Below are positions 53,786 to 64,000 of a stretch of 64,000 nt of DNA, in pieces. Position numbers and translations under genes: made by a program. The DNA comes from Epiperipatus broadwayi (Eukaryota; Animalia; Onychophora): the NCBI GenBank assembly GCA_028023455.1, contig JAQFVV010000003.1:29512001-29576000 (forward strand), given 5' to 3'. How positions within the stretch are numbered: position 1 is the stretch's first letter; each line of letters starts with the position of its first letter. The notes beneath the pieces were generated by a model. That model made no database searches, was not told the DNA's origin, and was given only the letters and a program-made list of their open reading frames with translations.

Positions 53786-53876
53786 ATTCACCTCTTACAA
53801 ATCTCACTTCTCAAAAAATTTACTTTATTATTTAATAAGGTAAATTTTTTGAGAGGTGAGATTTGGGGGAGGGAAT
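53786..53876. repeat. Hairpin with a 33 bp core stem extendable to about 44 bp
   Basis: caaatctcacttctcaaaaaatttactttatta / taataaggtaaattttttgagaggtgagatttg. Confidence 0.8.
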
Positions 53877-54168
53877 AGGAATTTGAAAGATTTTTATGTG
53901 TATTAAATGTGTACAAATAGTAAAGTTATATATTTTCTGCTAGATGTTTTGAAGAACCTACACAGCATTTGGGGAAGGGGGTGTGTGAATTATAATATCT
54001 GCTAGATAATAAACTTATTAACTTCTTATTATTTTTTTATTTTAAACAACATTTACGAAAGAAAAAGATTTATCTTCAAACACAGCAAATTTATAAATAC
54101 AGTATTGTGAAAAGTATGAGATAAAATCAAAATTATTTATATAATTTTTGCATGTTGATTATATGTAT

Positions 54169-55018
54169 ATCATCATCATCATTGTCAACCATTATCAATC
54201 CACTACAGGATAAAGAACTCTCCAAGTTTAATCCATCTTCTCCGATCTCTAGCCCCTCTTCGCCACATTACACCTGCATACTTTCTTATTTTCATCCATG
54301 GTCTTTTACAATTTTTTATGAATCCAGTTTAAGATTTCAGTGTCCATCTATTATCATCTTTTCTAGAAATATGTCCAGCCCAACTCCAATCTTTTAATTC
54401 TTTTAATGATGTCAGTAACACCATTTGTTCTCTTATCCATATATTGTGTTTTTGATCTCTTTTTGTTACTCCTAACATGTATCTCTCCATACATCTTTGA
54501 GTAGTCTGAAGTCTCTGTATTGCTCTTCTATTAAGTATCCAAGTCTCAGATCCATAAGTAAGAACTGGTAAAACACATTTATTAACAACCTTCCTTTTCA
54601 AAAACATAGACATATTTCCTTTTAGTATTAAGCTATTTCTACCAAAAGCACTCCAATCAAGTTTAATTCTATGATTAATTTCATCCATTATGTTTCCATC
54701 TGTAGTAATAATCTGACTCTCCTAACTCATCATAATCAATCTTTATTTTCATCTTTTGGGAAAATTCATTGAACATTACTTTAGTCTTCTTAGTCCTATT
54801 TTCTTACTTTCATATGATAACTCTTGCAACATTCCCTAAAGCTCTGAAGCATTATTTGCAAAAACAACAATATTATCTGCAAAATCTAAATGACTTAAAT
54901 AATCTCCACTTACTTTTACTCCTTTAGTTTCCCATTTTAATCCACAAAATACTTCTTTCAGCACTGCTGTAAAAAGTTTTGGAGATAAGGAGACATATAT
55001 TAATTCTAATATTTTCAC
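54169..55018 (-). mobile_element. 5'-truncated copy of the same RTE family
   Basis: ORFs 54836-55018 (HLDFADNIVVF) and 54329-54688 (PVLTYGSETW, WSWAGHIS), ending in a (GAT)n tail at about 54169. Collinear with about 51900-52867. Confidence 0.9.
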
Positions 55019-55027
55019 GGATAAATG

Positions 55028-55149
55028 ATGATTTCATATTATTATTATTTTCGGGATATTCCGTATAGTAAAATAGCTGACGTTTCAGTACAATAACAAG
55101 TAGCTATTTTACTACACGGAATATCCCGAAAATAATAATATGAAATCAT
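55028..55149. repeat. Palindrome with about 48 bp arms and a 23 nt loop abutting the truncated 5' end of the RTE copy
   Basis: ttttcgggatattccgtatagtaaaatagct / agctattttactacacggaatatcccgaaaa. Confidence 0.88.
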
Positions 55150-56290
55150 ATATATATTAGTATCTATCTATTAATATCAACTTAATTTCATATTTTACTA
55201 ATTGAATATATTCAAAAGTAAAATTTTCTTATTTTCTGAGATTGGAAAATTTGTGAAAGAAAAAAAATTAAAAATAAAAGAAACCGATAGAAAAATTAAA
55301 TAAGCAAAATGAGTAATGTTGAAATGTTTAGCTGCATTACAGAAAAAAGAATAACAGAAAATGTTAGAAACGTTTGATGCTACAATACAAGGTTAATTGT
55401 AAAATAATAAAGCCTTTTTGAATATCATCTTCTAGGAATACTAGGCTATATATTTTCACAAAACAAATTCATATCTGATGGGTTTTTTTTTTTTAAATAT
55501 ATTTTCAGTGATAATTCTAAATCATAAAGATTTTTTAATACAATATATTTATTTTTTTTACTTTGAATAAATGTTGTAAATTACAATCTTGGAATTATTC
55601 ATAAAGTTAATGATTCTGAATTTAAAAAATAAAGGCTTAATGCCATGGTGAAATAAATCCTTCTTATTCATTAAAATTGAATGTATACAAAAATATTATT
55701 TCCCATGTTCACAATTCAAGTATTATTGATGACACGTGTAAACCTTTTCATAAAACATTAGATTATAGCAATTAAGAATAAAAAAATCTGTTTGTAGATG
55801 CCAATTATGAATGTGTAATAAATAATTATAAATATTGATGAATTATGTACACCTAAAATAAAAAATAATTTGGGCATTAAAAAAAAAAAAAATTCACTTT
55901 TATTTTTTTAAATAGCAAGTTGGATGTATTCCTTAAAAATGGTAAATTCAAATTTATAAAAAAATATGCAATTATACTAGTAAAAATGAAAAAATTAATT
56001 CAATACTCCAGCCAAAATGAGGTTGAACTTTATATTGTTTAAAAATAAAACTGATAGTCAGTGCCAATTAATAACATTTATCTAAGAATATTATGAACCA
56101 AATATAATTTCCTTTATTTAAACTGTTTATTAAACCTATAGTACAATTGCTTTGCATTTATCTTTTTTAAATATTTTATTAAATGCAGTAATCAATTGCA
56201 TGAAATGAAGCTAGCATTCTACTTTAAAGATGAATATAAAATAAAACATTTACAAAAGATAAAATTACATTATGTATAAAATACACACGT

Positions 56291-56375
56291 AAGTGTACCT
56301 GCTACTGAATCAGGCACTTATGAATTATTATTGAAAATACAAACATAAGCACTCTGATTCAGTAGCAGATCACTA
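56291..56375 (-). ncRNA. Candidate intronic pre-miRNA-like hairpin
   Basis: CUGCUACUGAAUCAG-A-GUGCUUAUG / CAUAAGUGC-CUGAUUCAGUAGCAG: 24 bp with one bulge and two G-U pairs, a 21 nt loop and a short lower stem. No match to a miRNA I recognise. Confidence 0.3.
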
Positions 56376-56540
56376 AAACTATTATTTGATAAAATGACTA
56401 TCAATAAATTTTTTTTTTTAAAAAGAAAATTTTATATATAATTTTTGAATAAACTTATAAAATCATAATTTTTTCTGAACACTGAGATGTACAGCATACA
56501 AAACATACTGAAATAATCAGAACATCCAACTTGAAAATAC

Positions 56541-56731
56541 CTGTTCTATTAAGCCTTGCCATGCTATTCATGGCCCTTTGATATGCCTTTTTGACATCAT
56601 CCTCACTCACGACTAGTTTAATGCGATTCCATTTTTCAGGAACATGCAACCATTGATAAGCATTGACGGCCACCTGAGTTCCCAGTGGCTTGGTCATTAC
56701 CAGAACATCCCCTGGCATGGCATTATCAGGA
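56541..56731 (-). CDS. SelD: Selenophosphate synthetase exon ([63 protein letters not shown])
   Basis: Acceptor ttttttag at 56732-56733 and donor gtattt at 56540. 191 nt, phase 2 in (AT|T = Ile), phase 1 out. Contains the SPS motif GDVLVLTKPLGTQ. Confidence 0.97.
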
Positions 56732-58399
56732 CTAAAAAAAAAACAAAGAAATTATCTATTACTTTTTAAAAATTTACAATTCCTATGTCATTTTTATACT
56801 AAAATATATATATTCAGAAGGGTGTATATATCTCCTCCTTTCATAATTGTTTTATTACTATTAATGTGTGTGTTATGTATCTAAAGAAATACGATGCACT
56901 TTATAAAAAAAAAAAAATTTAAGATATTTAAATAGTATAAATAAAGTATATTCTTAATTTAAAACCAAAAAAATGAATGAGCTAAAAGGAGATGAAGCCT
57001 TTTAGAAGGAAAAATTTGACTTAGAGATTTTTAAAGACCTTGATATGTGGAACAGTAAAACAGTGGGCATACACATAATTGATAAAGAAATTGGGATCCT
57101 TAAAACTATGATAGTGAATTTTTATCTCATTGATTTATTAATAGATTTAGATAAAAATATATTTAATTACAATTATCAAACCAATATTAAAAAAATTCCA
57201 AATTTCTCATTAAAGTCACGTTTGTTACAAAGGAATTTTTATCGAATTTTGTTCACTATTAAGTGTATATCATAATTGTTTGAAAAATTAATAAATTTCT
57301 TAATGATTCCTTAAAGATAATTCCACATTGCAGTCATTTGCAATTACAACATTTCATTATTTCACCTAAATGCTTTCAAAAATTCACTAGCATAGCTTGA
57401 CTTTCCTAATTTAATATTATATATTCTATTTCATCAATAACTTTCAAAAGCTTTTGTATGATTTATGTAGTAACACAGTTACAGACTGTGGAGCTCAAGA
57501 TCGTGGAATGTGAGCCCATATGTCACTTCGGTTAATCAAACTTCTTATGAACTTCTGAGCAATAAATGATTCATTATTTATTTATAATAACTTTCATTTC
57601 AAAAAGAATAAAAGATACAAAAATGCTAAATTAACAAATAATTGAATGAGAAATGAGCTAATATTACTTAGTAAATAATTTTTTTATCAATTTACAAAAA
57701 AAAAAAAAATATAAGGGAATCTTTTCATTTATTAATTCTTATGAATTAGCTGCAAAATGCAATGGCAAGATTCATCTCACATCATGTTGTAACATTAAGT
57801 CAATTTAAGTTCCATTGTAACACTAGTGTTTCCATATATTGTATTAGATTTTATTCCTACATGGCCAGTGATTAAAAAAACCCTCTAAACTGCAAATGCT
57901 GTTTTAAGAATTTTAGCACATATTGTTTATATTATGCTTAGAGGGAAAAGATTAGTTAATTTTTTGACAATTATTTCTACAGTTATTTTTTTTAATTATT
58001 AAAATATTTTCATTAATTTGAAACAGTATAATTACAAAAAGGAAATATATTAACATAAGTAATATATTCTACATCTTACTAATAAAATCAGAAAGATATT
58101 TCATTTCAAAAATTTTTTGCATAATAATTTTTAATAATAAATATGCAAAAAAATTGTTTTATTTTGCCACAAATTTTTTATTCAAACTGAACTTATATAT
58201 ATGAAAAATTAATGCTTAGAGTCTTGACTTAATTACATTTAATGGGCAAAAAAAAAATAATAGAAAAAATAAATTGTTTTTTTTTTAAAAAAAAAATACA
58301 GTATTATTAATTATAAAATTACTGACTTTAGTTTATTTTTTTAAACACTTATTTAAATTAGAAACTATTAATTAATGATCTATTCACATACTAAAATAT

Positions 58400-59052
58400 G
58401 AGATAGCTGTTTTTCCTAAGTTATATCCTTGAGTTTCACATCTATAATCTACAATCAAATTTACTGTCTAAATTTTTAACTCCTTTGTAACTAATTTTAT
58501 TTTTCAATAAGACTTCATTTATAATTCTCTGATTATTTTTAGTCTTTACTTTTTCATTTTGTGATAATGATTCAACATTTAGAAGCTTCTCACCTAAGCT
58601 TTTCTGTTCATTTATATACTTTATTTCTACTAAATCATCAGAACAATTTATCTCTACTTTTCATAGTTATTGTTTCTAAAGACATCTGTTCTGACACTTT
58701 ATAATTTTCTATTTTTGCTTCTTTAGTTTCTTTATTTTGATTATCCAATATGCTCATTTATTCTGATTTATCATTTTGAACTTATTATTCATTTCTTTTA
58801 ATTCTCTATTTTCTCTACTTTGAACTCAAATTTATTATTTATTTCTCCAAACTTATTATTTACATTTCTTAGTTCTCTTATTTCTCTACTTTGAACCTCA
58901 AATTTATTATTTATCTCTTCTCTTAGTTCTCTAATTTGAGTACCGATCTTATTTAGTTTTCTATTTTGAATCTTCTCTTCCATAATTTTCCTAAACATTA
59001 CCTGAATAACACCTTCAGATTCTGATAACACTTCAACACTATTGGTTTCCAT
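58400..59052 (-). other. Decayed coiled-coil ORF, probably a gag or ORF1 remnant
   Basis: ORF 58798-59052 with internal repeats (REIRELR, INNKFE), followed by stop-riddled A-rich coding-like sequence. No diagnostic domain. Confidence 0.35.
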
Positions 59053-59954
59053 ATTTGCTTATTATTATTATAGCAAAAATAATATCCTATCTTTAACCAA
59101 AATAAATTATAACAACTTTAAATTTATTTACTATTTCATATAATATATCCACCCATTCAGCCTTCCAGCTATTGATAAAATCTACAAAAAACAAAAACAA
59201 CAATATGGCCAACTATAAAACAGTATTAATGTAAACAAAATACAATATCATATTCTTCTGCACATATATGAGACTCAAATTTCTGTCTTTGATCGGCCCC
59301 AAGGTGGTTGTGCTATTTGTAATGAAATAAATATATTTATATCAAATGAAGTATGCCAATGCAATATGATAATGCTGCTCTCAATTTGTTAATTGCAGAG
59401 ATGTTGATTGGGTTTTAAACACAATATAGATTCAGTAAATTTTCAGTGATGCATGCAAAAGTGATATATATATATATTTCTTTTAAAAAAGCTTAGACTA
59501 AAAAGTGTTAACGATCCATTAAAAATAGAAATAAAAACAAATCTTGATTTCTCTTAATTGTAAATGTTTCCTTTTTTAAAAAAATATATAAAATTTCATT
59601 TTCTTATAATTTTAAAACAGTTGTTTTTTTTAAAATACTTCATAAATAAAACAATATTGTAAATGATCTTTAATGTGTGCAATTATCTTTTCAAATATTA
59701 AGCAGACTGCGATGTAGTAATCAAACCATATTGATTTCTATCCATATTCCTTCCAAGGAGAAGTTAGTTATTTCAAATATTCTTTTGTCTTATTAGCATA
59801 ATGAAATCTGTCTAGATAATGTCTTCAAGATTTTCCAATAAAATTTTAATTTGACCTGCATGTCATTTCTGATTGGTTTTCTAATAAATAGCTCTAATTC
59901 TGACTATTTACACTTATTTATCTAATGCACTTTTCCAAAACCATTCACATCTAT

Positions 59955-60465
59955 TCAGTAAAACTGAAGATTTGCATTCCTCCTCTTAACCTAACAACTA
60001 AATAAAGAATAGATTCTTTTTAAATGTTAGTCTGACAGAGTACATCCATCTTTCAATTGCCTACTAGAAAAAATCAAAGATGGGTCTGGTGAAATACTAT
60101 TCTTATCTTGGATCTTTGCTTTAACATTTTCAATTATATCACTAGACTCAACTTCTAATGTTATTCTTTTGTCAATGAGTGTTTTTACAAATATTTGCAT
60201 TTCTTCAATTAATCTCGGAATCAAATGAAGAAAAGATTCTTTTTAAATATAATAGTCTGAGAATGAGGCCATCTTCCAATAGCTTTCCAGCAAAAATTAA
60301 ACAATGATCAGATGGAAGAATACCTTCTTTACCTTTTCAAGTGTCATTTGATAGGTTCAACTTCTAATATGATTATTTTCCAGTTAATATTTTTATAAAT
60401 ATTTACATTCTGCCTCTGAGACTCAAGACTAAATGAAGAATAGATTCTTTTTGAATATCTGTCTA
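59955..60465 (-). pseudogene. Processed polyubiquitin pseudogene (tail of one unit, two decayed units, start of a fourth)
   Basis: Head-to-tail units start at ATG 60408, 60200 and 59977: [33 protein letters not shown]...TLSD*NI*KESILYLVVRLRGG-MQIF. Stops and deletions throughout. Confidence 0.93.
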
Positions 60466-61959
60466 CGCTTTATAAAAATAAATATTATTTACATACGTTA
60501 CTGCAATTTATAACATCTAAAAAACTACTGCATAGTAAATCATAAGATTTCACGCTGTGTTTGTAATTTAGACTCGGTGAGTTAAATGTGAAGATATTTA
60601 AAGCTTCACACTTTCAAACCTAAATGCTTCAGACTAGCTTAAATATATAGAAAGACAAGTAGAGAAGAGAGTTGACCGCCCTTTTCTTGTAAAATTCTTT
60701 GTCATATATTATGGTTTGATCACTATTCAGACAGCCATCATAACATCTGATTGGCTGTCAGATAAGTATTATAATAAGTGTAAGAGGTTTGCAGCCTTTC
60801 AATTTAATTTCAATTAGACAATGTATGTCAATCTTCCAATTGCTTGCTAGCAAATCAAATGTTGTTGATCCAGGAAAATTCCTTCTTCATTACGTAAGTA
60901 ATTAGGCAAGATTAACATCATAATTTTTAATTGTGTACTATTAAAGAAATGCAAAGTTATACTGAGATTACCATACTTCCTATACAGAAAAAACAAAATC
61001 CATCAATGAATTAACTAAAAAAAAGAAAGATATCAAGGATATACAAAAAAGTAATAAAAATATTGATCAATATTTTTTATACAATCTATAAAAAAAAAAA
61101 ATTTAAAATAGAAATTATAATATCTCAACCAATGATTTATGACTTTTTTGAAAAATGTACCTTCAGGATTATTATATGTAGCAATATTTATTTCTCCAAA
61201 GCACTCCTTCCTCCCTTTTTTTTTTTTTTGGAAGTCAACACATCAGATAACAATATAGTCAATAAAAATTTTATGGTAAAGTGATTTGTACATGCATTTC
61301 AAACGTAAGATGGAGTTCAAATACTATAAACTTGGAATTTTCTGTGCAAATTAATAATTATATTTTTTAATACTACTAGCCTAAATAAAGCTAGTCATAC
61401 AATATTAGTAAATAAATGGGTATATAACAATTTTTTGCTAGAAGATGAAAAAGTTACAAACAGAGTCAGTTAAATGATTACTTATGTGTTAACCATAAAA
61501 AAAAAAAACCCATGAGATTAGAATGAGATGCAACTTTTACACCAAATAAAGAATTTCACATACCTACAAATATTAGAAACCATGATCTATTTTTTATCTT
61601 TCATGTAATCAATACTGGCTGATTACAGTATAAATCTTTTTGGTATTATTACAACAATCATCAGTAAATGATTTTCCAAATTAGAAAATATACCCGTTTG
61701 ATATATAAGTTACAATTATTATGACAAATTAATTTCATGATCAAAGCGAGAAGCTCATTGTTCAAACTTAGTCTGTATTCATTATGTAACGAGTTTTATA
61801 TCAGAACAACTGGCTCTTCATTTAGTGACTTAGCCGGTGATCATTATGCAGTTCGTATTTTAACTGGCAGCAATCCTTTGTTATTCTCCATCTGACTGGA
61901 CCATTTATTTTTTAACTTTGAATTAATATTTAATTAGCATGCCTGAGGATAGGCTCTTC

Positions 61960-62600
61960 AACCAGTGGCCTAAGTCGCCCCCCAAGTGTCCCCGAAGAGC
62001 TTTTCCAGCGTTAACAAGCGATCCCTGAACATAGTCCTTCGAATACATTTTTTACATATATCCAATGGTTCCTTACTTCCTTGCTTAAAAACAAAATAAT
62101 TTCTAGTTAACCACATGGCATAAAGCAGGAACAGTCCCATTCTAATCGTAGCAAAAACACCACTTGTTATAGCGTCTTTGATTCTTAGAATTTTCATGTT
62201 AGCCGGCAGTATTCTGGTTATATTTTGACTAGCAGGACTCAAAAATGGGCAAGCAGTAAAAATATGTCCAATAGTTTCATCCGCTATTTTACACAAGCTA
62301 CATAGTGGTTCTATTTTAGAGAAATTTCTATAATTTACCAAAAAATGATTCGTTGGCAAGGCTTTCAAGTTAAGTTTTATGATAACTTTGTTTGGCTAAG
62401 ATGTTGTGCTTTTGGTTGCATTCTTTTATAACATCTATCAGTTTTAATAAGCAGAAACTTCTTAACACAACTGTTTTATTCTCCTATCTTTAGTAATTAT
62501 AATCACTATTTATGACACTCAACCTTGAAATAATATGCAGTTTAGCAATTTTGGATATTTCATTTAAATAGTTATTGAAAATTTGATTCCTTTTAAATTC
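61960..62600 (-). mobile_element. L1/Tx1-type non-LTR 3' fragment (zf-RVT region)
   Basis: ORF 61970-62368: KALPTN...PLCSLCKIADETIGHIFTACPF. Confidence 0.75.
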
Positions 62601-62789
62601 AGATGAGTCTATTATCTCTTTTAAATTCTCTATCTATAAAAGAATATCACATTGATATGTGATTTCAATTGTGTTCCATTATGTCAAAAATATGGTACCA
62701 CAGGAGTTCTCTCATTATATTGTCCATACCCTATATATATACACAAAGATATATATCAATTCAGATACAATCCTATATTAATAACTTAC

Positions 62790-62902
62790 ATGATAAATTC
62801 ATTAGACTGACAGACTGTTGAAGCTACGCCTCCAATAGTCAACCAAGGATTGAGAACAGTCTGTCCACCGGTAACGGATGTACCGGCTTCCTGGGCACAG
62901 TC
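62790..62902 (-). CDS. SelD: Selenophosphate synthetase, first exon visible in window ([37 protein letters not shown])
   Basis: Acceptor tttgtttttctag at 62903-62904 and donor gtaagt at 62789. 113 nt = 37 codons + AT. Translation matches the SPS motif AGTxVTGGQ(T/S)VxNPWxxIGGVAS. The ORF track shows a different frame here. Confidence 0.96.
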
Positions 62903-63590
62903 CTAGAAAAACAAAGAGTAAAAAATTATTAAAATAATTAATTATAAATATCAACTGAAAAATAATAATAGTAGTAAGTAAAAAATCTGCAACACACATA
63001 AATAACTGCATGCATTTCATCCCTGATTATATGGTTTAGCATGGTAGAATTTCAGGTTCAAAAATTAAGATTCCTGGATTGAATTTCAGTAAAAAAAAAA
63101 ACCTCAACCCACTTTAATTGTTGCATTAGAAATCACATAATCTCACAAACAATTATTGCAAAATTTAACAAATAAAAAACTACTAGAAATTAAAATTCTG
63201 TGATTAATTAAATAAAAAAAAAAAAAAAGAATAAGTGTTTAGAAATTAATAAATAATCTTGCACTTTGCATAACCACTTTTCAAAAAAAATAAGTTGATT
63301 TTTATATATATTATACAAAATGAAATCAAAATTTCATAGTTAAAAAAAAAAAGTTTAACTTATTAATTTGTTAAAACATACTTTTATAAACACAATTTTT
63401 CTATCCAAATTTCATAATTCTAAATATATAAAAAAATTAAACAAAAAAAACTTCCTTAGAGATTCTACTGAGTTGAGCATTTTATTTTATCTTGAATTCA
63501 ATTTCTAACATGTATTTATTAATCAAATTCAATAATAGTTACCATTTTTTGCATAGAAATTTATCACTTGCAGGCTTCTTGGTGGTTCTG

Positions 63591-63609
63591 CAGCGTCACC
63601 TGGCGGCCA
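63591..63609 (-). promoter_or_regulatory. CTCF-like motif in an SPS intron
   Basis: TGGCCGCCAGGTGACGCTG versus consensus TGGCCACCAGGGGGCGCTA, in an isolated GC-rich patch. Confidence 0.35.
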
Positions 63610-64000
63610 CAGTATGCACACTACCTTTTTTTAATTAACTTATAGTTAGGTTTTTAGAAAATTCTACAAGATAATTCACTAGCAACAACAAAATATGGGA
63701 ATGATTTTGAAAAATCGTTTTATCTACTCATGTTGTCTTATATATTTCAATTCTAAAAAAAAGGAAGATAATAATTAGAAAATCATTTTAAAAATGTTTG
63801 CAATGGTGAAACTGAGAAGAAAAATTTAAATATTCGATATACTATGAAAATGATTTATTTAATAGCAAACACATGTTTGATCAAGTAAAAAATAGTGAGT
63901 CTAAATATGTACTTCCTTGATGTAATGTTTTTTTTTTCATTTCCATGAAATTAGTGTACTGTTGCTAAGCTGATTTGATTATTTTATAGTATCATTTGTA

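Noticed and set aside
57460-57565. GC-elevated patch with ATGATT...CTGA, possible C/D snoRNA
   Set aside because: Weak C box, on the strand opposite the host intron, and no terminal stem.
15-63020. Many 60-110 aa hydrophobic or Ile/Tyr/Phe-rich ORFs in the track (for example 2460-2708, 8366-8803, 18656-18931, 31073-31722, 44818-45003)
   Set aside because: Expected from AT-rich and (TA)n/(CA)n sequence or the antisense of LINE remnants; no motifs. No CRISPR arrays, rRNA or intact tRNA genes were seen.
63018-63092. Degenerate tRNA-like sequence (TCCCTGATTATATGGTTTAGCATGGTAGAA...)
   Set aside because: Too decayed: no valid B-box or acceptor stem.

Overview
Very AT-rich eukaryotic genomic DNA, most likely arthropod (inferred from protein similarity). 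One host gene is clearly recognisable: the 3' half of a selenophosphate synthetase (SelD/SPS) on the minus strand, in four exons (62790-62902, 56541-56731, 49332-49544, 42661-42845) whose splice phases join in frame. Its 5' exons, including the Sec/Cys/Arg active-site codon, lie beyond 64000. The protein looks like insect SPS1, yet the 3' UTR carries a well-formed type II SECIS hairpin (about 42022-42120) just upstream of AATAAA, which points to a Sec-encoding, pre-duplication-type SPS. Two upstream ATTAAA signals could give a SECIS-less isoform. The rest is mostly transposon-derived. The largest element is a young 14.4 kb Ty3/Gypsy with about 3 kb LTRs and an ATAT target duplication (9499-23904), sitting inside an older inverted repeat and showing CpG decay between its LTRs. 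Also present are an older decayed Gypsy, RTE-type and other LINE fragments, a decayed Penelope-like element, a hAT/Buster fragment carrying a retroposed U2 snRNA copy, a pogo/Tigger-type MITE, tRNA-derived copies, a polyubiquitin pseudogene and several small palindromes. All alignments and folds were done by eye; no database searches were run.
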